A DNA stretch of 64,000 nt, taken from assembly GCA_002269645.1 (NCBI GenBank), contig NIVC01001091.1, positions 228,289 to 292,288 on the forward strand, read 5' to 3'. A model generated the notes under the pieces. It was not told the DNA's origin. It did not search any database and worked only from the letters and a program-made list of their open reading frames with translations. A program made the translations under genes and the position numbers. Origin of the DNA: Macrostomum lignano (taxonomy: Eukaryota). This document shows positions 11,545 to 22,688 of this stretch, piece by piece; position 1 is the first letter of the stretch; each line of letters opens with the position of its first letter.

Positions 11545-12245
11545 ATTCCCTTTGAGTCATTTACTATCTGAGCTTTTCCCATTGAGTTATTTACCATCTG
11601 AGAAATTCCCATTGAGTCACTGACCATCTGAGCAATTCCCATTGAGTCACTGACCACCTGAGCAATTCCCTTTGAGTCACTGACCATCTGAGCAATTCCC
11701 ATTGAGTCATTGACCACCTGAGCAATTCCCTTTGAGTCACTGACCATCTGAGCAATTCCCATTGAGTCACTGACCATCTGAGCAATTCCCATTGAGTCAC
11801 TGACAATCTGAGCAATTCCCTTTGAGTCATTGACCACCTGAGCAATTCCCTTTGAGTCACTGACCACCTGAGCAATTCCCATTGAGTCACTGACCATCTG
11901 AGCGATTCTCTTTGAGTCACTGACCATCTGAGCAATTCCCTTTGAGTCACTGACCATCTGAGCGATTCTCTTTGAGTCACTGACCATCTGAGCGATTCTC
12001 TTTGAGTCACTGACAATCTGAGTGATTCTCTTTGAGTCACTGACAATCTGAGTGATTCTCTTTGAGTCACTGACAATCTGAGCAATTCTCTTTGAGTCAC
12101 TGAACATCTGAGCAATTCCCTTTGAGTCACTGACAATCTGAGCAATTCTCTTTGAGTCACTGACCATCTGATCAATTCCCATTGAGTCACTGACCATCTG
12201 AGCAATTCCCATTGAGTCACTGACCATCTGAGCAATTCTCATTCC
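11545..12245. repeat. 30-bp minisatellite ATTGAGTCACTGACCATCTGAGCAATTCCC, DHX9 intron 3
   Basis: About 23 units; it produces spurious ORFs 11400..12332 and 11591..12235. Confidence 0.95.
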
Positions 12246-12291
12246 CATTAAGCCATCAGCTTTAACAATCCTGATCACAACCCGTTGGCAG

Positions 12292-12702
12292 AAGCTTCTC
12301 AGCCAAGATGACAATCCAGTGCCGTCGAACAAACCGAAGCATCACGGCAGTTGAGCACGGCTCAAACAAGCAGACCGCTAGTAAAGCCTGCGCTTTATCC
12401 TTGGTTCGCCAGCTGTTCCACCTAGGCGACATCGAGGCCTACACTGGTCGGTCGAAAAAGAAGCGCGGCGAAGATGTGCCGGAATTGACGCTGCGCCTGG
12501 CGTCAGAGATTGAAGCCCAGCTAGATAGCCTGCTGCAGGACCTGCAGCTGAGACCGGTGGTCCGGCCGCCGAATCTAGATCAAGATGACGCAGGGGATGC
12601 TGCTGATGCGCAGTATCCGGGCGGATCCGATGCCGCCAATGGAGACGCGGGAGTCAGCCTGCTTATCAATTATCACGTGACCGACTTTGAACCCTCGCCT
12701 AA
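12292..12702 (+). CDS. DHX9: DHX9 exon 4, end of dsRBD2 and linker
   Basis: TTGGCAG acceptor restores RSFSAKMTI...EHGSNKQTASKACALSLVRQLFHLG; AA|GTAAGA donor. Confidence 0.92.
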
Positions 12703-12775
12703 GTAAGATGGCATCTTTTTGAGTTTTGATTCTTTTTGATTTATTACACACATTTAAACCTATTAACTATCGCAG

Positions 12776-12917
12776 GCAGCGGCCCTGCATCCTGCCCTGG
12801 TCTCCGCCTGTGCCCAACTGGAACGCCTGGCAGTCCTGCAACATCGACGAAGGACCGGACGCGTTCGCCTCGTTGGAGGAGATCAGCCAGCGACTGGCTG
12901 AGCAGTTCGCTGCAGAG
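12776..12917 (+). CDS. DHX9: DHX9 exon 5 (minimal transactivation-domain region)
   Basis: TCGCAG acceptor; [22 protein letters not shown] matches DHX9 VPWSPPQSNWNPWTSSNIDEGP; GAG|GTTGGT donor (phase 0). Confidence 0.9.
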
Positions 12918-12924
12918 GTTGGTA

Positions 12925-12925
12925 T

Positions 12926-12959
<34 letters not shown>

Positions 12960-13051
12960 CTAGTGTCTGTGTGTGTGTCTGTCTGTCTGTCTGTCCTAGT
13001 GTCTGTGTGTGTGTCTGTCTGTCTGTCTGTCTGTCCTAGTGTCTGTGTGTG

Positions 13052-13095
<44 letters not shown>

Positions 13096-13107
13096 CTAGT
13101 GTCTGTG

Positions 13108-13139
<32 letters not shown>

Positions 13140-13243
13140 CTAGTGTCTGTCTGTCTGTCTGTCCTAGTGTCTGCGTGTCTGTCTGTCTGTCTGTCTGTCC
13201 TAGTGTCTGCGTGTCTGTCTGTCTGTCTGTCCTAGTGTCTGTG

Positions 13244-13314
<71 letters not shown>

Positions 13315-13491
13315 CTGTGTGTCTGTCTGTCTGTCCTAGTGTCTGTGTGTCTGTCTGTCTGTCTGTCCTAGTGTCTGTGTGTGTGTCTGTCTGTGTGTCT
13401 GTCTGTCTGTCTGTCCTAGTGTCTGTGTGTCTGTCTGTCTGTCTGTCCTAGTGTCTGTGTGTCTGTCTGTCTGTCTGTCCTAGTGTCTGTG

Positions 13492-13567
<76 letters not shown>

Positions 13568-13661
13568 CTAGTGTCTGTCTGTCTGTCTGTCCTAGTGTCT
13601 GTGTGTCTGTCTGTCCTAGTGTCTGTGTGTCTGTCTGTCTGTCCTAGTGTCTGTGTGTCTG
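12925..13661. repeat. (TCTG)n/CCTAGTGTCTG microsatellite, left part (split by the LTR insertion)
   Basis: Read directly; the array resumes at 18289. Confidence 0.95.
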
Positions 13662-13861
13662 TGTAACACGCGGTATTTGGTAGCACCACAAACACGAAGG
13701 CCCCGTGAGGCAGTGATCGCTTTATTTATGCAAGTTGAAGTTAAGCCTGCGATGTACATAGAGAGCGAACGTACAATAAATCAATACGATGATTCAGCTA
13801 ATTATTTGTCACGATTGCTAACAGTTCAGACTGCCTCTAAGGCAAGGAATAAAATATTACA
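13662..13861 (-). repeat. 3' LTR (200 bp)
   Basis: TGTAACACG...ATATTACA on the + strand; matches 18089-18288 except at 2 positions; PPT at 13862-13873. Confidence 0.96.
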
Positions 13862-14007
13862 TTTCTCCCCCCCACAAAAGGAGCATAGCGACAGGGAATA
13901 AAAAGATGAGAGTGAAACACAGCTAGCGGAATGTAGAGTAAAAAGAGGAACGCAGACAGTAAAATACATTTCAATCACAGTCTCTGACAGTCCATGGCCT
14001 CAGTCAC

Positions 14008-17000
14008 TCAGCGCTCACACCGAGGTAGTCCGGAGGACGCCGCACCCTGGCCGGGTACCGCCGCTCGGCCTGGCTCGACTCCGGGGCGACCTCGTGGGTC
14101 ACCGGCTGCTCGCGGAGCTGCTCCGCATCGGTCTGGGCTGCGAGCCGCCTGCGCAGCCGGTTCACGTGCACCCAGCGGACCGGCCGAATGCTGAATGCGC
14201 ACCGAGTGGCCGCGCTGCTCGAGCACCGTCCAGCCCGGCTCCCAGTACGGCGCCAGCTTCGATCGCCGCATCTCGATGCTGAGCAACACCTCGGTGCCTT
14301 GCGGAAACTGCGGCAGGTCCGACGCCTTCTTGTCGTGCGCCGCCTTCTGTTGCTGTCCGGCGGCCAGCAGGTTTTCCTCAACGAACTCGCGAATGCGGGC
14401 CAACCGACGCTCCAGCAGCGCCGAGTAGGTGCCGATGTCATACTGCTGCTCGCTAGCCTGCACCTGTGGTGGAAGCTGCGGGTCGCGGCCGGTCATCACA
14501 GTCAGCGGCGTCACCTTGGTTGAGCTGTGGACCCTGGAGTTGTAGGACAGGACCACCAGCGGCAGCTGCTCCTCCCAGCTGGACTCACTCTCGGTGAACA
14601 GCCGCAGCAGTTGCAACAGCGACTTGTTGCCGCGCTCCACAAGGCCGTTTCCCTGCGGATGGTAGGGCGATGTGCGCGTCTTCCTGATGCCCAGCGCTCG
14701 CAGCGTCTCTTGGAACAGCTCGCTCTCGAAGTTCGCGCCCTGATCCGAGTGGATGACCGATGGGACTCAAAACAGCGAGAAAACCTTGACTGCAGCGTCC
14801 GCGATGGTCTTGGCAGTCTGGTCTGGCATCGGAATGGCGGTCAGGAACTTGGAGAACTGGTCCTGCATCACCAGCAGGTAGCTGTTGCCGCGGTCTGACA
14901 GCGGCACCTTCAGCACGTCGATGGCCACAGTCTGCCAGGGCTTGCCGATCGGCATCTCTCCAAGTGGGGCCGCGGGGCGCTGCTGCGCCTTCTTTAGCTG
15001 GCAGGTCTGGCACTCCTGGCAGAAACTCACCACGTCGCTCTGCAATCCCGGCCAGTAGGCGGCCTGCTTCAGTGTATCGGCCATCTTCTCTGGCCCGAAG
15101 TGGCCGCCGATGCCTTCGTGGAAGTCGGTCAGGAACTGGCGCCGCAGCGACTCCGGAATCACAGGAACGTCTCTCGGTCCTGCGGCGTCGTTGAATGCCC
15201 GGCAGAGAAAGCCATCTTGGATCCTCAGCTTCTGCCAGATGCGGCTGAGGTGTCTCAGGCCATCTTGGTGGCGTCGTGCTGTCCTTCTCCAGCGCCGCGA
15301 GGACCAGCTTGAGCTTCGGATCGGCAAGTTGCGCCTGCCGCATCTCCTGATTGGACACCTTCGGCTGTAGCTCCGTTGCCGACGCTCCGATCACCTCGCC
15401 GTGGCTTTCATGCATCCTGGACAGGCCGTCCGCCTCCACGTTGTCGACGCCCTTGGTATACTTGATGGTGAAGGCGAACTCCTGCAGCAGCAACCGCCAG
15501 CGCCCAAGCCGGCCATGGCTGTCGACCCGCTGAGAATTCAGAAACGTGAGCGGGCAGTGGTCGGTGAAGACCGTGAAGTGCCGGCCAAGCAGGTAGTGCC
15601 TGTAGGTCTTCAGGGCGTGCAGGGTAGCCAGGCACTCCTTCTCGACAGTTGAGTAGCCCTTCTCCGGTGCCGTAAGCGCTCTGCTGCAGTACTCAATCAC
15701 CTGGTCTCCTTGCTTGAGCACGATGCCGACTCCGGTGTTGCTGGCATCCGTGTAGAGCTGGAACTCCTTGGAGAAATCCGGGTGGCCGATGATCGGCGGC
15801 TGCTGCAGGGCCTCCTTGAGACGTCGGAATGCCGTGCCGCACTCGCTGGTCCACTCGAACTTCTCTGTTTTGCTCGTCAGTCTGTGCAGCGGCCCGGCGC
15901 TGTCGGAGAAGCTCGGCACGTACTTCCTGTACTGGTTGCAGAGGCCCAGGAACTGCCGCACCTGCGTTGGCGAATGCGGTATCGGCCACTCCTGGATAGC
16001 GCGCACCTTCTCAGGGCTCATGGTGGCACCCTTGGCCGAGAACACGGTGCCGAGAAAAGTGACCTCCGGCAGGCCTAGCTGGCACTTGCTGCCTCGGACG
16101 GTGAGCCCAGCGCCTCTGATCTTCTCGAAGACTTCTCGCAGGTGCCTGAGATGCTCATCCTTCGATCTGGAGAAGCACAGCGTGTCGTCCATGTAGGTGA
16201 AGGTCTGCGCGGCGCATTTGAACACGCGGTTCATTAGGACGGTGAACGAGCTCGGGCCGCCGCAGACGCCCTGCGGCATCCGCTTGAACTGGTACAGCGG
16301 CATTTCGGGCCCTGGGCTGAAGGCCGTCTTCTGCTTGTCTTCCGGCTTCATCGGAATTTGGAAGTAGCCGCCGTTCAGGTCGATCACCGAGAAAATCTCG
16401 TTGCCAGCCAACTTGTCCTTGACGAAGTCCATCTGCGGAATGCCCTGCGCTGACCGCACCGTCTTCTTGTTCAGCTCGCGGTAATCGATCGTCAACCGCA
16501 GGTCACCGTTCTTCTTCCGCACGTACACTGGGGTCGCCACGTACGGGCTGTCCGACTCCTCGATGACGTCATTGTCCAGTAGCTCCTGAATCAGCTTCCT
16601 CACCTCGGGCTCCCAGTGCACCGGCAGCTTCCTCGGCGGAATCCGCACCGGGACATCGTCAGTCAGCGAGATGCTGTGCTCGTGTCGATCCGTCAGCCCT
16701 GGCCGCCTGGTGAAAATGTCGCTGAACTCGCGCACCAAAGCTCGGATGTCCGGGTCCTCCGCGACTGGCAGGTCGATCTCCTCCTTGGTGAAATCCGGCA
16801 CCAGCTTCTCTTCAATGTCCTCGAGCTGACTGTCAGCATCGAGGTGACTCACGCCGTTGATCACACAAGAGTCCTTTGATGGGGTCTCTGCTGCACTGTC
16901 GCTGAAGTCCAGGCACATGTTGCAGGCCTTGATGAAGTCCAGCCCGATGATGACGGCAGCAAACAGACCTTCAGACACGTAAAACGGGTGCCGCCGAGCG

Positions 17001-18069
17001 ACACCGCCAGGCTGGCCACCTGCCGCACCGGCACCGCTTGCTGGTTGACTGCCCGCAGCTCCAGGTGCACGCTCTCCAGCTGAGCTGGCCGCATGCTCTA
17101 CAGGACCCGCTTGTCCACGATTGACACCTGGCTGCCTGAGTCGATAAGCGCCGTGACGTCCGCGCCTCCGATCCTGCACTGCAGCTTGGATGTCGCCGAG
17201 TTCGGCCTGATGACGACTGCCGCTGCGCTGCTGCTGGCTGCACCGCTCCCCTCTGCGCCCAGGAACAACCCACTCACGCTGGGGCCCGCGCTCAGAACTG
17301 GCCAGGGTGCGGGCTCTGCCCCGGCCTGTGCCGTTTCCCGACAGCTGATTGCAGTTCCTGGCGATGTGGCCGCGGCGGTGGCAGTTCCAGCAGGTCACCT
17401 CGCGCTGTGAATCGCGCAGGAGTCCGAAACCTCTGAGCCCAGCTTCGCCGCCAGGTCTTGGACCGTCGCCTGCAGCGAGCTGACCGCAGCCCTCAGTTCT
17501 GCCGTCTCCGCGCTGCCTGCAGCTCCGGCTGCCGCTGCAAGAGGCTGCTTGAATCCGTCCGTGGTGGCAGAAGGCAGCTCCAGTAGCAGTTGTGCCCGTG
17601 CGAGAGCGTCACTCACGGTCTTGGCTGACGCGTCCGCTCTGATCTGCTTGCTGATGTCCTCCGGCAGTCCGCGAATGAACTGGTGAGTCAGCATGGTGGC
17701 CGTTGCGCCTGCCTCGCTGATGCCAGCGTCCTTTAGCAGCTGCTTCAGGTGATAGAGAAAGAGCCGAGGAGATTCGCCCGGCAGCAGCTTCCGGCTCTCG
17801 AATGCATCCAGCGCTGAGAATTGCTGGCTGTCCGGGTGAAATGCCTGGCTCAGAGCTTTGGTCACTTTGCTGTAGTCGCTCTTGCTATTCTCGTCGAGCT
17901 CAAGAAAAACAGCCAGAGCCTCACCATCCAAAAACGTTGGCAGGTGCAAATGCTTGTCATTTACCCACTTGTTGGCTGCCGCGCACAGCTCAAACCGCTG
18001 GAGCCACTCCTTAAAGTTGCCTGAGCTGAACGCCCTAGGAATCGCACGGTGACTGCCGCCCTCTGCCAT
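14008..18069 (-). pseudogene. Disrupted gag-pol: gag (ATG 18069), CCHC knuckle, protease, RT, RNase H, integrase
   Basis: CWNCHRRGHIARNC; ALIDSGSQVS; YMDD; YTDAS; integrase zinc finger HEGIGGH...CQECQTC; AIDVL/HSDQG/VERGN catalytic triad. Frames alternate four times; in-frame stops at 17098-17100 and 14767-14769. Confidence 0.92.
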
Positions 18070-18075
18070 AGTACA

Positions 18076-18086
18076 CTCTGCTACCA
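18076..18086 (-). promoter_or_regulatory. Primer binding site complementary to the tRNA-iMet 3' end
   Basis: The minus strand reads TGGTAGCAGAG 2 nt inside the 5' LTR; eukaryotic initiator tRNA-Met ends CUCUGCUACCA (established). Confidence 0.85.
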
Positions 18087-18088
18087 CT

Positions 18089-18288
18089 TGTAACACGCGG
18101 TATTTGGCAGCACCACAAACACGAAGGCCCCGTGAGGCAGTGATCGCTTTATTTATGCAAGTTGAAGTTAAGCCTGCGATGTACATAGAGAGCGAACGTA
18201 CATTAAATCAATACGATGATTCAGCTAATTATTTGTCACGATTGCTAACAGTTCAGACTGCCTCTAAGGCAAGGAATAAAATATTACA
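18089..18288 (-). repeat. 5' LTR (200 bp)
   Basis: Second LTR copy, adjacent to the PBS. Confidence 0.96.
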
Positions 18289-18362
18289 TCTGTCTGTCCT
18301 AGTGTCTGTCTGTCTGTCTGTCTATCCTAGTGTCTGTGTGTCTGTCTGTGTGTCTGTCCTAG

Positions 18363-18446
<84 letters not shown>

Positions 18447-18482
18447 CTAGTGTCTGTGTGTCTGTCTGTGTGTCTGTCCTAG

Positions 18483-18539
<57 letters not shown>

Positions 18540-18599
18540 TCTGTCTCTCCGTCTGTCTCTCTGTCTTTCTCTTTTTCTGTCTGTCTGTCTGTCTGTCTA

Positions 18600-18636
<37 letters not shown>

Positions 18637-18637
18637 G

Positions 18638-18680
<43 letters not shown>

Positions 18681-18685
18681 TTGTT

Positions 18686-18720
<35 letters not shown>

Positions 18721-18725
18721 TTGTT

Positions 18726-18796
<71 letters not shown>
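18289..18796. repeat. (TCTG)n microsatellite, right part
   Basis: Read directly. Confidence 0.95.
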
Positions 18797-18827
18797 TCGT
18801 CAACCACACGCCTATGCCATCCCGCAG

Positions 18828-19702
18828 TCGGCCAATTCCGAGTACCAGCGCCTCCTAGCCGAACGCAACCAGCTGCCAGCCGCGGCGCACCGGGAGCAGC
18901 TCCTGGCCGCTGTACACGAAAACTCCGTCACACTGATCCGAGGCGAGACCGGCTCGGGCAAGACCACCCAGCTGCCGCAGTTCATCCTGGACGACTATCT
19001 GTCTAGCGGCCGCGGTGCCCACTGTAACATCATCGTCACCCAGCCGCGCCGCATCTCCGCCATCAGCATCGCGGACCGAGTCGCGGCTGAACGCGCCGAG
19101 CCTCTCGGGATCTCCGTCGGCTACTCGGTCCGCTTCGAGACCGTGACGCCCCGGCCGTACGGGGCACTACAATACGTCACAGTCGGCACCCTTCTGCGCC
19201 GGCTCGAAGGCGGCCTTCGCGGCGTTAGTCACGTGATCATCGACGAGATTCACGAGCGCGACGCTAACACGGACTTTGTCATGGCTATTATGCGCGATGT
19301 GATTAGGGCTAATCCGCAGCTTCGGTTGATTCTAATGTCCGCTACGGTTGACACCTCTCTGTTTACCGAATTCTTCAACCCCTGCGTCTGCATGCAAATC
19401 GACGGTCGGGTTCATCCGGTGCAAAGTTATTTTCTAGAGGACTGCATCGAAATGCTGAAATTTGTGCCGCCGCCGCCGATAAAACGAGGCAAAAGCGGCG
19501 GCAGAGGTCGCGCCGGCCAGGATGACGACGACGACGATGAAGACGGCGGAGGTGGCGGCGGCGTCGGCGGCGCGCCAGACGATCCCGCAGATGAAAACTG
19601 CAACCTTATCTGCTCGGATGAATATTCGGCCGAGACCAAGGCTGCCATGGCTAAAATGTCCGAACGGGAGACCAGCTTCGAATTGATTGAAGCTCTGCTC
19701 AG
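18828..19702 (+). CDS. DHX9: DHX9 exon 6, helicase RecA1 domain
   Basis: CCCGCAG acceptor; [24 protein letters not shown] and MSAT motifs; AG|GTGAG donor. Confidence 0.96.
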
Positions 19703-19713
19703 GTGAGCTAATT

Positions 19714-19905
<192 letters not shown>

Positions 19906-20012
19906 ACTGTACTGCTGCTAATTACTACGAGTGTTACAAATACTACTCACCCGAATATCGAAAACACTTATAGAAATGCGAAAACTAACCCCTAAAACCT
20001 TTTTTCATCCAG

Positions 20013-20680
20013 GTACATCCAGACGCTGCCCGTATCGGGTGCAGTGCTCATCTTCTTGCCTGGCTGGAGCCTCATATTCTCATTAGCGCGCCACCTGCAG
20101 AACCATCCGGAATTCGGGAACGCCTCCTACACTATTCTGCCATTGCACTCGCAGATTCCTCGCGAAGATCAGCGTCGAGTATTTCAACCGGTGCCAGACG
20201 GCGTTACCAAGGTGATACTAAGCACCAACATTGCCGAATCTTCCATCACTATCAACGATGTTGTATTTGTAATCGACTCGTGCAAAGCCAAGGTGAAGCT
20301 GTTCACCTCTAGGAACAACCTGACTCACTATTGCACCGTCTGGGCCGCCAAGTCCAACCTGGAGCAGCGGCGCGGTCGGGCCGGTCGCACCAGGCCCGGC
20401 TTCTGCTTTCACCTGTGCTCCAGGGCTCGCCAGGAACGAATGGAAGCTCACGTCACTCCCGAACTGTTGCGCTCGCCCTTGCACGAACTGTCGCTGATGG
20501 GCAAACTGCTCCGGCTGGGACCCATACCGGAGTTCCTGGCTAAGACGCCGCAACCGCCGCCACTGGATGCCGTTATGGAGGCTGAGCACACTCTGCGGGA
20601 GATGCGTGCGCTGGACGCTAATGATGAGCTGACCCCGCTGGGGCGCCTGCTTGCTAGGCTGCCGCTTGAGCCGCGACTGG
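20013..20680 (+). CDS. DHX9: DHX9 exon 7, RecA2 domain and start of HA2
   Basis: TCATCCAG acceptor; [18 protein letters not shown] and QRRGRAGR motifs; G|GTATG donor at 20681. Confidence 0.96.
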
Positions 20681-20734
20681 GTATGCTGCTGGATCTCTTG
20701 ACCTTCATGCTCAATTTGGGCTGCTAGCCTCCCC

Positions 20735-20905
20735 CCCCCCAAATACTCAGGCTGGGCTGCCACTCTCCCAGATCCTCAGTTGCTGAGCAACCCAGATCCT
20801 CAGTTGCTGGGCTGTCACCCTCCCAGGTTCTCAGTTGCTGAGCCACCATCCCAGATCCTCGGTTGCTGGGCTGTCACCCTCCCAGATCCTCAGTTGCAGG
20901 GCCAC
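20735..20905. repeat. Short array of the CCCAGATCCTCAG repeat family
   Basis: Shares its core with the array at 1775-2660. Confidence 0.8.
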
Positions 20906-21874
20906 AAGCCTCCCAAATGATATCTTAAATTATAGAACTTTGATACGAAGCCATTTTTGGGTTTCTTTTCAGCTGAGGTAGTCCAGTAAGTTGAAGAATC
21001 TGACTAAATATTGTCTCCTGCACTTACAATGCAGGAGACGGCGTGGAATTCGGCATTGAAATTGGTATAGGCATAAAATATTAAATAATAATTAAAGCAA
21101 TACTTTTGTATCTCAGGACAAATTAAATTGCTGTTGGTGAATAACATACAAGAAACGGAGTGAATATTCATACGGACAAGAAAATTTTGTAATCTCCTTC
21201 ACAAAATTTGGCAAGCCAGTTAAAAACTCGGTGATTTTTGTGGTTTTCAAGGTCGTGACTTTGCTAATTGGTGATGCCATACGACTGCTCGTAGAATGTC
21301 GCTTGCAACTTCTTTTATCTCGATCAAAGATCTGGAGGAATGCGCATCATTGGTGCACACAAGTAGCTCTTTACAAGTGGCAAATAAGGTGGCAAATAGA
21401 GACAGTCAATCGATAGTGTAAGAGCTGCATATATGACGTCTAGTATTGCATAAATCTGTCACTCTAACAGCACTTGCCTCATTGAAGCATAGTACTTGTA
21501 GTTGACTTTAAAGATCTAAGGCAAGCTTGTCGAATAACTATGTTCAAAAAATTTTCGGATTTCAATACAGCACGAATGGTAGCAATCTCTTGCAAAGCCA
21601 ACAACCCATGCCGTTGAAGACCGTGCTGAAATCGTGCTTGTTCTTTTCTTTTCTTTGATGAATCATCTGATATTGAGAACATTTTGCAACTTCAATAGTC
21701 GAGAATCAAGTTATTGCCGTCTGCGTTGCCGTATGAAGCATCATGTGGAAGTTCAATTTAATCATGGGATGAAGTTGCATTATTTTAGGCACAATTTATA
21801 CGTGCATAAATATTATAGTAAAGTGTTAAACAAGTTACTACGACCGTATTTGAAGTAAAAAGTTAAGTTTGAGA

Positions 21875-22688
21875 CTAAGTGCCACAGACCGCCACTGTAA
21901 TTTTCGACTCTTGCACTGCATTGACTTCGTGGCACTTACAGTCCAGACCGCCACTGTAATTTTCGGCTCTTGCACCGCACTGACTTCGTGGCACTTACAG
22001 TTCAGACTGCCACTGTAATTTTCGGCTCTTGCACTGCATTGACTTCGTGGCACTTACAGACCGCCACTGTAATTTTCGGCTCTTGCACCGCACTGACTTC
22101 GTGGCACTTACAGTTCAGACTGCCACTGTAATTTTCGGCTCTTGCACTGCATTGACTTCGTGGCACTTACAGACCGCCACTGTAATTTTCGGCTCTTGCA
22201 CCGCACTGACTTCGTGGCACTTACAGACCAGACTGCCACTGTAATTTTCGGCTCTTGCACTGTATTGACTTCGTGGCACTTACAGACCAGACTGCCACTG
22301 TAATTTTCGGCTCTTGCACTGCATTGACTTCGTGGCACTTACAGACCGCCACTGTAATTTTCGGCTCTTGGACTGCACTGACTTCGTGGCACTTACAGAC
22401 CAGACTGCCACTGTAATTTTCGGCTCTTGCACTGCACTGACTTCGTGGCACTTACAGACCAGACTGCCACTGTAATTTTCGGCTCTTGCACTGCATTGAC
22501 TTCGTGGCACTTACAGACCAGACTGCCACTGTAATTTCGGCTCTTGCACTGCACTGACTTCGTGGCACTTACAGACCAGACTGCCACTGTAATTTCGGCT
22601 CTTGCACTGCACTGACTTCGTGGCACTTACAGTCCAGACCGCCACTGTAATTTTCGGCTCTTGCACTGCACTGACTTCGTGGCACTTG
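21875..22688. repeat. 54/59-bp minisatellite CAGACCAGACTGCCACTGTAATTTTCGGCTCTTGCACTGCATTGACTTCGTGGCACTTA
   Basis: About 14 tandem units in DHX9 intron 7. Confidence 0.93.

Larger units (their letters stand above)
13662..18288 (-). mobile_element. Full-length Ty3/gypsy LTR retrotransposon (4627 bp) in DHX9 intron 5, coding region disrupted
   Basis: Two 200-bp TG...CA LTRs with 2 mismatches; TCTG TSD at 13658-13661 and 18289-18292. PBS TGGTAGCAGAG next to the 5' LTR, PPT GGGGGGGAGAAA next to the 3' LTR. Domain order gag-PR-RT-RH-IN. Confidence 0.96.

Noticed and set aside
11400-12332. 310-aa IAQMVSDSKG repeat protein on the minus strand
   Set aside because: Derived from the 30-bp intronic array antisense to DHX9; no unique coding context.
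13647-13901. ORFs across the LTRs (also 18104..19006)
   Set aside because: Antisense read-through of LTR plus microsatellite; the real DHX9 exon begins at 18828.
21875-22688. CRISPR-like regular array (also 4196-4490)
   Set aside because: Units are contiguous near-identical tandem copies with no unique spacers, there are no cas genes, and the context is eukaryotic.
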